A DNA stretch of 64,000 bases from Calditrichia bacterium (GTDB lineage: Bacteria > Calditrichota > Calditrichia > JAJRVZ01), in NCBI GenBank assembly GCA_963777955.1, contig CAVZSQ010000015.1, positions 96,001 to 160,000 on the forward strand, read 5' to 3'. The first letter of the stretch is position 1. Each line of letters opens with the position of its first letter. Position numbers and translations under genes: made by a program. Shown piece by piece: positions 53,528 to 64,000 of this stretch. The notes beneath the pieces are model-generated. The model saw only the letters and a program-made list of their open reading frames with translations, had not been told where the DNA came from and searched no databases.

Positions 53528-54551
53528 AGTTCTGATCATTCAGACAGCATTTCTGGGTGACGTGATACTGACCACACCTCTGATTACAGCTATCAGAGAA
53601 AGTATACCTGACAACCAGATTGATTTCCTGACCATCCCCAAATCCATGAATGTTGTCGACACAAATCCGGCGCTGCAGCAGGTGATTATTTTCGATAAAA
53701 AAAATCGGGATCGTGGTTGGCGGGGACTGCGTCGCCTGGGCCGGCTCCTGGCTGAAAATGATTATACGCTATGTCTTACTCCTCATCGCTCCTGGCGCAG
53801 TGCCTATCTAACCCGCAGTACCGGGGCGCCGGTCCGGATCGGGTTTAGCAATTCGGCCTGGAGCAGCGTGTTTACCCATCAGATCAAGTATAAAAATAAT
53901 TCTCACGAAATTACCAGAAATTTATCATTACTGGAACCGCTGGGTATTCAGCCGATTCAACGGTTGCCTGCGCTCTATCCCACGATTGAAGATCAGCAGA
54001 CTGTCGACGCACTTATAAAAAACCTGGCCGGCGCAGCACCCCGGGCATATTTTGCCCTAGCTCCCGGATCCATCTGGCCGACCAAACGATGGCCGGCTCA
54101 GTATTTCAGAACCATTGCGGAAAAATTAATAGCGCACGCTTTCCACATTTTCTTAATCGGTGGCAGTGAAGATACCTCTCTCTGCCGGAGAATTGCGCTC
54201 AATCTGGAACACTGTACGGTGCTGACGGGAAAATTATCACTCCGCCAGACTTATCGACTCTTACAGTCATGTTGTAAAGGTCTATTAACCAACGATTCCG
54301 CGCCTTTACATTTAGGCCTGGCTGCCGCGATTCCGGTTTTTGCCGTTTTCGGTGCCACCGTTCCTGAATTTGGTTTTGCTCCGTTCGGTAAAAATGGATA
54401 TATTTTTGAAAATCATGAGATCTCCTGCAGGCCCTGCGGTATTCATGGCGGAGCAAAATGCCCGGTCAGAACATTTGCCTGTATGGAGCACATTGATCCG
54501 CAACAAATCGCCGATCAGATAATTAATATTACTGTTCCGGGCAGATTATAA
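53508..54551 (+). CDS. waaF: GT9 LPS heptosyltransferase (WaaF-like)
   Basis: QTAFLGDVILTTP, APGSIWPTKRWP, NDSAPLH, CRPCGIHG...CP..C. Confidence 0.85.
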   Translation: MRLIKNKVLIIQTAFLGDVILTTPLITAIRESIPDNQIDFLTIPKSMNVVDTNPALQQVIIFDKKNRDRGWRGLRRLGRLLAENDYTLCLTPHRSWRSAYLTRSTGAPVRIGFSNSAWSSVFTHQIKYKNNSHEITRNLSLLEPLGIQPIQRLPALYPTIEDQQTVDALIKNLAGAAPRAYFALAPGSIWPTKRWPAQYFRTIAEKLIAHAFHIFLIGGSEDTSLCRRIALNLEHCTVLTGKLSLRQTYRLLQSCCKGLLTNDSAPLHLGLAAAIPVFAVFGATVPEFGFAPFGKNGYIFENHEISCRPCGIHGGAKCPVRTFACMEHIDPQQIADQIINITVPGRL

Positions 54552-54559
54552 TCAGTAAT

Positions 54560-55726
54560 ATGCACTATATTAAAATTGATCCGATTAATCCTTTATCAGC
54601 CTCAATCAGGCAGGCTGCGCAGGTCATTCGCAGCGGAGGTATAATTGTTTATCCTACCGATACGCTTTATGGATTCGGGATTGATCTGAATAATCCCCGG
54701 GCCCTGGAAAAATTAACGCTGCTGAAAGGTCGTGATGCACAAAGACCCCTGTCGGTCCTGATCAACTCGCAAGCACAGGCTGAAGAATTGAGCGGAGCAT
54801 TAAATCCAGACGAGTCATTATGTTTTACAAAATTAATGCCCGGGAAAATAACCTTGTTATTACCGCGGAGGATTACCGCTCCTATTGCCATTCTGAATGA
54901 TTATGACCGGATCGGAGTGCGTTATCCGGTCAGCAAAATTTGTGCACTTTTGATTGCTGAACTCGGTTTCCCGATCAGTTCCACCAGTGTGAATTTATCC
55001 GGCCAGGCAAATCTTAAAAGGGTCGAGGCGATCAGGGATATTTTCGGTGATCATGTTGACCTTATTCTTGATGCCGGGCCGGTCAAATCTTCCCGAGGAT
55101 CGACGGTATTGGATTGCTCTTCCTTCCCCCCCCGGCTGGTGCGCCTGGGTGAGGTTAGTGCTAATCAGCTTACCCGGATGCTGGGCGCACAGGTCAAACC
55201 ACTGCCCAAGAAATTCATCATCTTGTTTATCTGTTCCGGTAACATCTGCCGGTCGCCAATGGCCGAGGGAATTCTAAAACGCATTTTTAGAAAAACAAAA
55301 TATAAGGACATGGTCGAAGTCAAATCTGCCGGGACATTAAAGATAGAAAATGCTCCCGCTGCAATCGAATCGATAGAAATTACCCGGCAATACGATATAC
55401 CATTGGCCCAGCACCGTTCCCGGGCACTGAACCGGGAACTGCTGTCGGAGGCCGATCTGGTCTTTTGTATGTCCATGAATCATTTGAATTATATCAATTC
55501 ACATTTTCCGGAATTTAAGGACAGGGTTTTTCTCTTAAAGCAATGGCAGGAGAAAAAAATATTGTCCAATCCTTCGATCGCAGATCCAATCGGACATAAT
55601 CTGGACTTTTTTAAAAAAACATTTAACCAGATTTACATAGAAATAATGCGTGTATTACCTGAAATATTTAAATTACTGAAAACAACTGCTGAACAAGCGG
55701 AAAATAAAAATCACATTAATCCGTAG
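54560..55726 (+). CDS. tsaC: TsaC/YrdC threonylcarbamoyl-AMP synthase fused to a low-molecular-weight protein phosphatase
   Basis: YPTDTLYG, KGR, STSVNLSG, STVLD; then CSGNICRSPMAE, SAGT, IADPIG. Confidence 0.9.
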   Translation: MHYIKIDPINPLSASIRQAAQVIRSGGIIVYPTDTLYGFGIDLNNPRALEKLTLLKGRDAQRPLSVLINSQAQAEELSGALNPDESLCFTKLMPGKITLLLPRRITAPIAILNDYDRIGVRYPVSKICALLIAELGFPISSTSVNLSGQANLKRVEAIRDIFGDHVDLILDAGPVKSSRGSTVLDCSSFPPRLVRLGEVSANQLTRMLGAQVKPLPKKFIILFICSGNICRSPMAEGILKRIFRKTKYKDMVEVKSAGTLKIENAPAAIESIEITRQYDIPLAQHRSRALNRELLSEADLVFCMSMNHLNYINSHFPEFKDRVFLLKQWQEKKILSNPSIADPIGHNLDFFKKTFNQIYIEIMRVLPEIFKLLKTTAEQAENKNHINP

Positions 55727-55743
55727 TTGTACGTAAATTCAGT

Positions 55744-56751
55744 TTGGAAATAGTGGTGATAGATATGATGATGCAAATAAAAAATTTTATGAACAGCCGT
55801 CGCCGCCGCCGCTCCACTTTAGTGTTCTTGCCGGGATTGCTGATTTTCACCGTATCCGTAACCGATACAGCCAGGGTAGTGCAGGATACAACTGATGTCG
55901 ATTCTCTGGTCACGGCTGTCGAGACGGATCCGGATAGTTCCGTCGGGTTTATGGTCAAACCTGCTGCAAATGTAAAACGGAATTCTGCACCACTCAGCTA
56001 CCCTGCAGTGGAAAACATGGCTTTTGCAGTCGGAGAAAAATTGACTTTCGATATCAGTTACGGTTTTATCCATGCCGGGACGGCAACTATGGAAGTAAAG
56101 CAGGAGGTGAACTATAACGATCGCAACTGTTATCATATCCAGACTGCGGCTAAATCGGCTTCCGGTTTTAATTTTATCTACAAGGTGGAAGATGTGGTTG
56201 ATAGTTTTATGGATAAGCAGGGCTTATTCAGCTGGAAATTCAATAAAAAGTTGCGGGAAGGCGGATACAAAGCGGACCTGCAGGCCACATACTATCCTGA
56301 GGATTCTCTGGCCTGTGTTTCCTTCACACGATATAAAGGCAGAATGAAAGTGCATAAACAACAGAATTACAATGTCAAAACTCCTCCATTTGCGCTTGAT
56401 ATACTGGCCTCTCTTTATTATACCCGTACACAAAAACTGCAGGTAGGTAAATCCATTTTCATCACCAACCATGATAATAAAAAGATTTATGATCTGGAAG
56501 TCAAAGTGTATAAAAAAGAAACTATAAAAACAGATGCCGGAAATTTTGAATGCTTGCTGGTCGAACCTGTCCTGAAAGGGGAAGGTTTATTTAAGCAAAA
56601 AGGCAAAATGCTGATATGGCTGACCAATGATCCGTACAAGATTCCTGTACGGATGACCACCGAGATTGCTGTTGGCCATATCACGACAGAACTGGCGAAA
56701 ATTGAAGGTATCAAAGGAAAAATTCCGGCGAGACGAAATTCCGATGAGTAA
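55744..56751 (+). CDS. DUF3108 domain exported protein (start uncertain)
   Basis: FAVGEKLTFDISYG, DILASLYYTR, AGNFEC, IWLTND..IPV. Confidence 0.8.
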   Translation: MEIVVIDMMMQIKNFMNSRRRRRSTLVFLPGLLIFTVSVTDTARVVQDTTDVDSLVTAVETDPDSSVGFMVKPAANVKRNSAPLSYPAVENMAFAVGEKLTFDISYGFIHAGTATMEVKQEVNYNDRNCYHIQTAAKSASGFNFIYKVEDVVDSFMDKQGLFSWKFNKKLREGGYKADLQATYYPEDSLACVSFTRYKGRMKVHKQQNYNVKTPPFALDILASLYYTRTQKLQVGKSIFITNHDNKKIYDLEVKVYKKETIKTDAGNFECLLVEPVLKGEGLFKQKGKMLIWLTNDPYKIPVRMTTEIAVGHITTELAKIEGIKGKIPARRNSDE

Positions 56752-57682
56752 ATATAAAAAATTAGATTTTAAAGGGATAAAAACTTACTCCATCCAGGAC
56801 CGCATCAGTAAAGTCCATACCGGCGTGTTTGCCGGGGTACCACCGGATAATCCCTCCTTCCATGATTTTTTCACCAGTCTGCCCCAGATTTTGGTCGGGA
56901 AAGATTTCACCAACTTTCTGGCAGATTATCAGCAGGCTATTTCGGCCTCTGCCATGATCATGGCGATGATCGGTGCACATGTCATTAAAGTCGGCTTGAG
57001 TCCTGTGCTGATAGATGCCCTGCAGCGGGGCTGGATCAGGCATCTGGCCCTCAATGGTGCCGGAGTAATTCACGATACGGAAATCGCCCTTTATGGTTGC
57101 ACTTCGGAAGATGTCGCCCAGGGACTGACGGATGGTACTTTTGGCATGGTCAAAGAGACTGCACAGTTCATTAACGGCGCGGTGAAAAAGGGCAAAGGTA
57201 AACTGGGTTATGCTGAAGCGGTTGCCCGGGCTCTGGCAGAGTCAGGCGGAAAATATCTGCAGCTAAGCCTGCTGTATCAGGCTTATAAACTGAATGTTCC
57301 GGTTACGGCACATCCGGCTCTGGGTACCGAGATAATCCACCAGCATCCGGATGTTGATCCGGAGGCTGTAGGTGATACGGCCTGGAGTGATTTTCAGATT
57401 TTTACCGGGAGTGTCAGCCTGTTAAATAGAAATTCAATTGTGATGAATATCGGTTCGGCAGTAATTCTGCCCGAAGTATTTTTAAAAGGTTTAACAGTAG
57501 CCAGAAACCTGGGACACCAGGCCTTCGGCTTCACTACCGCCACCTTTGATATGATCCGTCAATACCGCTCCGCCTTAAATGTTGTAGAACGGCCCACTGC
57601 CGGCAGCGGACATGGTTTTTATTTTATTGGCCATCATGAAATCATGCTGCCTCTGCTGTTTGCTGCCCTGAAATCCTTATAA
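56744..57682 (+). CDS. Conserved protein with a deoxyhypusine-synthase-like fold
   Basis: GAHVIKVGL, ALNGAGVIHDTE, TSEDV..G.FGM..ET, GSAVILPEVFLK, GHHEIMLPL. Confidence 0.65.
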   Translation: MSKYKKLDFKGIKTYSIQDRISKVHTGVFAGVPPDNPSFHDFFTSLPQILVGKDFTNFLADYQQAISASAMIMAMIGAHVIKVGLSPVLIDALQRGWIRHLALNGAGVIHDTEIALYGCTSEDVAQGLTDGTFGMVKETAQFINGAVKKGKGKLGYAEAVARALAESGGKYLQLSLLYQAYKLNVPVTAHPALGTEIIHQHPDVDPEAVGDTAWSDFQIFTGSVSLLNRNSIVMNIGSAVILPEVFLKGLTVARNLGHQAFGFTTATFDMIRQYRSALNVVERPTAGSGHGFYFIGHHEIMLPLLFAALKSL

Positions 57683-57799
57683 ATAAAAACTCCAGCATCT
57701 TTCCGGAAGTATTTTCGCTGTATTTGCGTTAATATCTCCTGTATGAATACATTTAAAAATGTCATGATAAAGTAAAAAAATAGAATAAGGAGGTCAGAG

Positions 57800-58414
57800 A
57801 TGTCGTACCGTTTGCCCGATTTACCTTATGCTTATGATGCGCTGGAACCATTCATCGATACCCGTACCATGGAAATACACCATCAGAAGCATCATGCTAC
57901 ATATGTCAGTAAATTAAACGCCGTGCTGGAAGGTTCTCAAGATTTACAGTCCAGAGATATCAAGGATTTGCTTAAAGGATTGAATTCATTACCCGAAGGC
58001 ATTCGCCAGGGCGTACGCAATCACGGCGGTGGTCACTATAATCATACTCTTTTCTGGAATCTGTTAGGCCCGGCCAGGGGCGGAATTCCCGTGGGCGAAC
58101 TGGGGAAAATGCTCGATAAAACTTACGGAACACTCTCCAAATTCAAGGAAGAATTCAGCACGGCCGCGGTTAACCGCTTTGGCAGTGGCTGGGCCTGGTT
58201 AGTTCTGGACCGCAATAAAAAACTTGCTATAACTTCAACGGCCAACCAGGACACCCCGGTCAGTGACGGAAATGAAGTAATACTGGGTCTTGACGTCTGG
58301 GAACATGCTTATTATTTAAAATATCAGAACCGGCGGCCGGAATATATTGAGAACTGCTGGAATGTCGTTGATTGGGAGAAAGTCAATGAGCGGTACCTGC
58401 GCTTGGTAAAATAA
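57800..58414 (+). CDS. sodA: Mn/Fe superoxide dismutase
   Basis: LPYAYDALEP, HHQKHH, NHGGGHYNH, FGSGWAWL, DVWEHAYY. Confidence 0.95.
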   Translation: MSYRLPDLPYAYDALEPFIDTRTMEIHHQKHHATYVSKLNAVLEGSQDLQSRDIKDLLKGLNSLPEGIRQGVRNHGGGHYNHTLFWNLLGPARGGIPVGELGKMLDKTYGTLSKFKEEFSTAAVNRFGSGWAWLVLDRNKKLAITSTANQDTPVSDGNEVILGLDVWEHAYYLKYQNRRPEYIENCWNVVDWEKVNERYLRLVK

Positions 58415-58508
58415 GATTCAAACTCGCGGGAAGTTGGCAGGTTGCGCCAGGGAGGTATACAGGGACGTATAGAAGATATAAAGTCTTGAAAAATGATGAT
58501 TTATTATC

Positions 58509-58537
58509 TTGCTAAGAGAAAAATAAAAGATTATATT
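58509..58537 (+). promoter_or_regulatory. Candidate promoter of rimP operon
   Basis: TTGCTA-17 nt-TATATT. Confidence 0.6.
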
Positions 58538-58547
58538 TGATGCTTGG

Positions 58548-58573
58548 AAAGTGGGTTCGTAGCCCACTTTTTT
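58548..58573 (+). promoter_or_regulatory. rimP leader terminator-like hairpin
   Basis: AAAGTGGG ttcgtag CCCACTTT TTT between the promoter and the rimP ATG. Confidence 0.7.
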
Positions 58574-58595
58574 GTTATGGGAAAGTTAAGAAACT

Positions 58596-59048
58596 ATGAA
58601 CACCCTGGACGAAGAAATAGTGGATCTGGTAAAAACGGTTTGTGCCGATGAATCGGTTATTTTCCACAGAGTTGTGCGGCAGCGGCAGGGCCGGACCAAC
58701 CTGATAAAAATTACTGTCGATACAGAAGGCGGTATCACGCTTGGTCAATGTCAGAATCTAAGCCGGAAGATCGCGGATTTGTTTTTCCGGAAAAACATTC
58801 TGGAAGGGAATTATCAACTAGAAGTGTCTTCACCGGGTGTGGAAAAATCCCTGGAATTTCCGTATGAATACCGGCGCAATTTAGGCCGCATTCTGGAGGT
58901 AATCCACGAAACAGCGGGTGTGACCACCAGCAGCAGTGGCGAGTTGGTCAGGTATGATGAAAAATCACTACGCTTAAAAGGAAAAAGCGGGGAAATCGAG
59001 ATTCCCCTGAATCAAATAAAACGTTCACATGTGAAATTACAATGGTAG
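58596..59048 (+). CDS. rimP: Ribosome maturation factor RimP
   Basis: VD..GGITL..C..LSR, YQLEVSSPG; first gene before nusA. Confidence 0.93.
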   Translation: MNTLDEEIVDLVKTVCADESVIFHRVVRQRQGRTNLIKITVDTEGGITLGQCQNLSRKIADLFFRKNILEGNYQLEVSSPGVEKSLEFPYEYRRNLGRILEVIHETAGVTTSSSGELVRYDEKSLRLKGKSGEIEIPLNQIKRSHVKLQW

Positions 59049-59059
59049 GATGATTATTT

Positions 59060-60334
59060 ATGAATAATGAAATTGTCGAAGCCATCACTCAGATTGCCCG
59101 GGAGAAGAAAATTGATAAAGATAGTTTACGGGATATGCTGGAAACTATCTTTACCCAGATTATTATTAAAAAATACGGCAAAGCGGATAATTTTGATGTA
59201 ATTGTGAATATCGATAAAGGTGATATCGAAATATTTCAAGAGAGAACTGTTGTGGAGACGGTTGAAGATCCGGTCACCCAGATTAACATGGAAGGTGCCC
59301 GCCGGATTGATCCGGATGTGGATATGGGCGAAGAGGTTGTGGAGGTAGTTACACCCGAGTCGTTTGGGCGGCGTTTAATCATTACGGCAAAGCAGGCTTT
59401 AAATCAGAAGATAAGGGATTTTGAGCGGGAGAATATTCTGGATGAATATCAAAACCGTGTCGGTGAAATTATAATCGGGGATATCCGCCAGATCAACAAG
59501 CGCGGTATCTTCGTCAACGTGGAAAAAACAGAAGTATTCCTGCCCCGCGAGGAACAAATTCAGAATGAGCGATTGCGGCGCGGGGATACGGTACGGGCTC
59601 TGATCAAAGAAGTCCGGGCCGATAATAAGGGGTCCGATATCATTATTTCGCGGGCCGATAAAAAGTTCCTGATCCGTTTATTCGAATTAGAAGTACCTGA
59701 AATATATGATGGTATTGTGGAAGTGAAGAATGTTGCCCGCGAAGCGGGGGAGCGTTCCAAGATCGCCGTAGAGTCCATTGATCGCCGGGTCGATCCGGTC
59801 GGCGCCTGTGTGGGAATGAAAGGGGTGCGTATTCAGGCGATTGTCCGGGAATTGAATAATGAGAAAATAGATATTATTAATTATTCCTCTGAACCGGCCA
59901 TCTTTATCAGCCGGGCCATGACCCCGGCTAAGCCGGTAAAAGTGATCGTCAATGAAGAGGAAAAACTCGCAGTGGCCATTATCTCTGATGAGCAGATGTC
60001 GCTGGCTATCGGTAAAACCGGACAAAACCTGCGCCTGGCTTCTGCACTTTGCGGCTACCAGATCGAACCGGTTAAAGTGAGCGAATACGAAGCACAGCGG
60101 GATGAGGAATATGTAGCCCTGGAGGAGATTGAAGGATTACCAAAAAGTATGATGAAAAAACTTGCTGACGGGGAAATAAAGAGCAAAGGTGAAATTATGA
60201 AACTCGGTCTGGATGGTCTGGTTGCCTTGCCGGGCATAGGAAAAAAATCAGCTGAGAAGATCCTGGAAATCGTCCAAAAAAATAGCAGTAAAAACACACC
60301 GGTGAAACAAGCAGAGACCGAACCGGAATCGTAA
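59060..60334 (+). CDS. nusA: Transcription factor NusA
   Basis: FGRR...AKQ, LEVPEI, AREAGERSKIAV, DPVGACVG, LAIGKTGQN, C-terminal HhH. Confidence 0.98.
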   Translation: MNNEIVEAITQIAREKKIDKDSLRDMLETIFTQIIIKKYGKADNFDVIVNIDKGDIEIFQERTVVETVEDPVTQINMEGARRIDPDVDMGEEVVEVVTPESFGRRLIITAKQALNQKIRDFERENILDEYQNRVGEIIIGDIRQINKRGIFVNVEKTEVFLPREEQIQNERLRRGDTVRALIKEVRADNKGSDIIISRADKKFLIRLFELEVPEIYDGIVEVKNVAREAGERSKIAVESIDRRVDPVGACVGMKGVRIQAIVRELNNEKIDIINYSSEPAIFISRAMTPAKPVKVIVNEEEKLAVAIISDEQMSLAIGKTGQNLRLASALCGYQIEPVKVSEYEAQRDEEYVALEEIEGLPKSMMKKLADGEIKSKGEIMKLGLDGLVALPGIGKKSAEKILEIVQKNSSKNTPVKQAETEPES

Positions 60335-60412
60335 ATCCGGAAAATATAGGAATGGATCAGCTGAATGATCGACACTATAAACAAGCCGCGATTTTGAGTT
60401 AAGGGAGAATAC

Positions 60413-63112
60413 ATGGCTGTTGATGCAAAGAAATATAAACTCTTCAAAGTGTGCAAAGAGTTGAATGTAGGTTTGGAAACGGTGACTTCCTTCTTGCAGG
60501 AAAAAGGAATCAAAGTCACAGGCCCGAATACCGCCATTTCAGAAGAAATATATCAGGAAATCATCACCAATTTTTCACGCGAAAAAGAAATCGCCGATAA
60601 AATTCACCTGCGCAAGACGAAAAAAGACGGAGAGGGACTTGCCGCAGATAAAACAGCAAAAACTATTGAACATAAAATCCCGGAAAAATCGATTTATATT
60701 AAAACTATCGAAAAATCAATCGAAGACCGGGTGGAGCAGATTATCCGGGGTGAAGAGGAAGTTGAGGTTAAGCCTGTTCCCAAGAGACGCGGCCGGCGCC
60801 CGGTTAAAGATATAGAGGCAGAACGAATCGACGAAATTTCACCGGTTGAAAGGATCATTGATAAAGCGCCGCTAGGTCCAAAACCTGCAGATAAACCGGC
60901 CAGAAAAGAAGTCGTACATGACGAGGCCAAGCCGGGGATACCGGAACTGACCGAAAGACCTGTTCACGAGGATAAAAAATCGCCGGTTGCCAAGGCCGAA
61001 GAGAAAAAAGAACTCGATGAAGCAGCGCTGGCAGCCAAGGATCAGGCTCATCCCAAAGGGGTACCGGTCACTGATGAATTTCAGAAAACCAAAGATGAAA
61101 AGCGCCGCAAGGCACTGGAAATGATCCGTAAAGATGAACGGCGTAAAAAACATCTGCTCAAAGCAGGGGATTTGGAATCAGTTGATGAATTCAAACGTCC
61201 CCGCACCCGCAAACCGAAGAGAAAAGCAGTCGACAAAAAAGAAGTGGAACAAACGGTAAAGAAAACTCTGGCCAGTTTGGATGACCGGTTGCGCCGCACC
61301 AAGAAACGTAAAAAAGTCAAAGAGGAGACCGGTGAAGTCATTGAAGAAAATGTGATCTATGCCAGTGAGTTCATTTCGGCTAACGATCTGGCCAACCTGA
61401 TGAATGTTCCGGTCGGTGACGTCATAAAGAAATGCCTGGACCTGGGTTTAGTCGTGTCCATCAACCAGCGTCTGGATAAGGATACCATAGAACTACTGGC
61501 GAATGAATGGGGTTTCTCGGTACAGCAGGAGAAAGAATACGCCTCCGATTTTCTGGAAGAACTGGAAGATCAGGAGTATCAGATAGCGGATACTGAACCA
61601 CGCGCACCCATCATCACCATTATGGGACATGTGGATCATGGCAAAACTTCCTTGTTGGATTTTATCCGTAAAACTAATGTAGTCGGCGGTGAATCGGGTG
61701 GAATTACCCAGCATATCGGTGCTTACGAAGTCGAAAAAAAAGGCAGGAGTATTACTTTTTTGGATACACCCGGCCATGAAGCATTTACAGCCATGCGGGC
61801 GCGGGGTGCCCAGGTAACGGATATTGTAATACTGGTGGTAGCGGCCGATGATGAAGTGAAACCGCAAACGATAGAAGCCATCGATCACGCCCGGGCCGCC
61901 GGGGTTAAAATTATTGTGGCCATTAATAAGATGGATAAAGCCGATGCCAATCCGGACCGCATAAAAAAACAGTTAGCCGATCAGAATATCCTGATTGAAG
62001 AATGGGGGGGGTCCCATCAAAGTGCACAGATTTCGGCCAAAAAGGGAACGGGTATCGATGAATTACTGGATAAAGTATTAGTGGAAGCAGATTTACTGGA
62101 ATTAAAGGCGAACCGGTCTAAAAAAGCGCGCGGTACGGTGATCGAGTCCCGCCTGGATAAAGGCAAAGGCATTGTGGCTACTATCCTGGTTCAAAACGGC
62201 GTATTGCATATCAGTGATCCTTTTATTGCCGGCAATAGTTCCGGAAAAGTAAGGGCGCTGCTTAATGAAAAAGATGAAAAAGTGAATGTCGGAGGACCTT
62301 CTCAACCGGTACAGGTATTAGGATTTACCACTCTGCCACAGGCAGGCGACCGGTTCCTGGTTATGGCCGATGAGCAGACTACCAAGATCATCAGCGCGCG
62401 CAGGCAACGGATCAAACGCGAACAGGATATGCGCCAGGTCCACTTGCGTACGCTGGACCAGATTTCCGAAAATATTAAGATTGGCGGAGTGAAGGAATTA
62501 CGTATTATCGTTAAAGCCGATGTGGATGGCTCAGCTGAGGCTTTATCCGATGCGTTGTTAAAACTGGCTACCAAAGAGGTCAGTGTGATAGTTATACGTA
62601 AAGCCGTGGGCACTATTACGGAATCCGATGTGCTGCTGGCAGCCGCATCCGATGCCATTATAATCGGATTTCATGTACGTCCCAATGTCAAAGCCAAAGA
62701 ACTGGCGGTTAAAGAAAAGATAGAAATCCGTAATTATAAGGTCGTTTATGATGCCATTAACGATGTAAAATTAGCCCTGGAAGGATTGCTGGGCACCGAA
62801 GAACATGAACAGGTTCTCGGCAGTGTGGAAGTCCGCGAAATATTTAAAATTTCACGCCTGGGCACCATTGCCGGTTGCCAGGTCAGATCCGGAAAAATAA
62901 TTCGCAATGCCAGGGTGCGCCTGATCCGTGATGACGAAGAAATCTATGACGGCGCTATCGCATCGTTAAAACGCTTCAAGGATGATGTGCGGGAAGTTAG
63001 TGCCGGATTCGAATGCGGGATTCAGATACAGGATTATAATGATCTAAAAGTCGGCGATGTAATTGAAGCATACGAAATAGTTGAGAAGAAACGAACGCTG
63101 AGTATGGCCTAA
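60413..63112 (+). CDS. infB: Translation initiation factor IF-2
   Basis: [35 protein letters not shown]. Confidence 0.99.
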   Translation: MAVDAKKYKLFKVCKELNVGLETVTSFLQEKGIKVTGPNTAISEEIYQEIITNFSREKEIADKIHLRKTKKDGEGLAADKTAKTIEHKIPEKSIYIKTIEKSIEDRVEQIIRGEEEVEVKPVPKRRGRRPVKDIEAERIDEISPVERIIDKAPLGPKPADKPARKEVVHDEAKPGIPELTERPVHEDKKSPVAKAEEKKELDEAALAAKDQAHPKGVPVTDEFQKTKDEKRRKALEMIRKDERRKKHLLKAGDLESVDEFKRPRTRKPKRKAVDKKEVEQTVKKTLASLDDRLRRTKKRKKVKEETGEVIEENVIYASEFISANDLANLMNVPVGDVIKKCLDLGLVVSINQRLDKDTIELLANEWGFSVQQEKEYASDFLEELEDQEYQIADTEPRAPIITIMGHVDHGKTSLLDFIRKTNVVGGESGGITQHIGAYEVEKKGRSITFLDTPGHEAFTAMRARGAQVTDIVILVVAADDEVKPQTIEAIDHARAAGVKIIVAINKMDKADANPDRIKKQLADQNILIEEWGGSHQSAQISAKKGTGIDELLDKVLVEADLLELKANRSKKARGTVIESRLDKGKGIVATILVQNGVLHISDPFIAGNSSGKVRALLNEKDEKVNVGGPSQPVQVLGFTTLPQAGDRFLVMADEQTTKIISARRQRIKREQDMRQVHLRTLDQISENIKIGGVKELRIIVKADVDGSAEALSDALLKLATKEVSVIVIRKAVGTITESDVLLAAASDAIIIGFHVRPNVKAKELAVKEKIEIRNYKVVYDAINDVKLALEGLLGTEEHEQVLGSVEVREIFKISRLGTIAGCQVRSGKIIRNARVRLIRDDEEIYDGAIASLKRFKDDVREVSAGFECGIQIQDYNDLKVGDVIEAYEIVEKKRTLSMA

Positions 63113-63394
63113 ATGATCATCGGTGTCCTGACATTTGAGATATTTATCCCGGCCAGTCAATCATTGAAGGAAAAAAGGTTTGTTTTGAAAAGTCTGAAAG
63201 ACAGGTTGAAAAATAAATTTAATGCATCGGTAGCCGAGATTGAATTTCAGGATAAATGGCAGAGAGCGGCTATTGGAGTTGCTGTAATCGGCAATGCACA
63301 AGCTCATGTAGAGCAATCACTGCAGCAGATATTTAAATTTATTGACAACTCGGAATATTACGAAATTACTTCGTACCAATTTGAGTATCTGTAG
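63113..63394 (+). CDS. ylxP: DUF503/YlxP protein
   Basis: SLKEKR.VLKSL...KFNASVAE...QDKWQ. Confidence 0.92.
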   Translation: MIIGVLTFEIFIPASQSLKEKRFVLKSLKDRLKNKFNASVAEIEFQDKWQRAAIGVAVIGNAQAHVEQSLQQIFKFIDNSEYYEITSYQFEYL

Positions 63395-63395
63395 T

Positions 63396-63758
63396 ATGCC
63401 GGAAGAAAACAGACGAATACGCCGCGTGGCGGATCAGATTAAGAATGAAATGGCCTGGTTTATCGATCACAAGTTAAAGGATCCGCAGTTGGGATTTGTA
63501 ACCCTGACCAGAGTAAAACTGACTTCCGATTTAAAACTGGCCAGTGTGTATTTTTCGGTTTTCGGCAAAAATGTTGATCCCAAGAAGAGCGCTGAAATTC
63601 TGAACAGAGCCAGTCATTTTCTGCGCAAAGAATTGGCGGAAAAAATCGAGCTGAGATTCATTCCCAATCTCAGGTTTTTTTATGATGACAGCCTGGAATA
63701 TTCAGAACACATCCAGAAATTGTTTAAAAAAATACATGAAAACGATGACAATCGATAA
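63396..63758 (+). CDS. rbfA: Ribosome-binding factor A
   Basis: RRVADQI, DPQLGFVTLTRV..TSDL..A.VY, P.LRFFYD. Confidence 0.95.
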   Translation: MPEENRRIRRVADQIKNEMAWFIDHKLKDPQLGFVTLTRVKLTSDLKLASVYFSVFGKNVDPKKSAEILNRASHFLRKELAEKIELRFIPNLRFFYDDSLEYSEHIQKLFKKIHENDDNR

Positions 63759-64000
63759 AACCACAGTCCGGCAAGATCTGAATCGCCTGGAGGATCATAT
63801 CATTCTGATCGATAAACCCGAAGGCTGGACTTCGTTTGATGTGGTAAAAAAAGTTAAAAATATCGGCAAATTTAAAAAAGTCGGCCATGCCGGAACACTG
63901 GACCCGTTCGCTACGGGGTTGTTAATATTGGGTACCGGACGCCGAACCAAGGAATTGACCGGGATCAGCAAGTCCGTTAAAACATATGTGGCCAGGATCA
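63745..64000 (+). CDS. truB: tRNA pseudouridine(55) synthase, truncated by the window end
   Basis: IDKPEGWTSFDVV...KVGHAGTLDPFATGLL. Confidence 0.95.
   Translation, partial: MTIDKTTVRQDLNRLEDHIILIDKPEGWTSFDVVKKVKNIGKFKKVGHAGTLDPFATGLLILGTGRRTKELTGISKSVKTYVARI

Overview
A 64 kb bacterial chromosome segment of mostly core genes. Gene order (pheT-zapB-zapA-6S-rny-ymdB; psd-pssA-purS-purQ; Bacteroidota-like GH13, AmpG and LytB proteins) suggests a diderm FCB-group organism, possibly Calditrichota-like; this is an inference, not a database result. In order, it contains: mutL(3' part)-miaA; a secreted GH13; a minus-strand peptidoglycan-salvage cluster (namZ, GT2, divergent ROK kinase, SpoIID/LytB, ampG with an inserted soluble domain); an accessory patch at about 13.75-19.85 kb; tRNA-Tyr and tRNA-Val; thrS-infC(AUU start)-rpmI-rplT-pheST; zapB-zapA-6S RNA-rny-ymdB-folD; OPT-pepD; truA-fsa-htrA-purB-(degenerate purC)-psd-pssA-purSQ-tatA; a DGGGP-synthase-like UbiA, maf and nadB; ppiD; lpxL-waaF-(tsaC/LMW-phosphatase fusion); sod; and rimP-nusA-infB-ylxP-rbfA-truB. 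The accessory patch holds AT-rich orphan ORFs, IS3 and IS481 debris and two type II toxin-antitoxin modules, and is punctuated by four copies of a 62-69 bp hairpin with conserved outer arms and different but self-complementary inner stems. Many genes, including essential ones, are split by small frameshifts that are most likely long-read indel errors rather than pseudogenisation. The best leads are the hairpin-delimited module array, the muropeptide-salvage locus with its unusual kinase and AmpG insertion, a PurC homologue that has lost its catalytic motifs, and a membrane-anchored BlaI-like winged-helix protein. All product calls come from motif recognition only.
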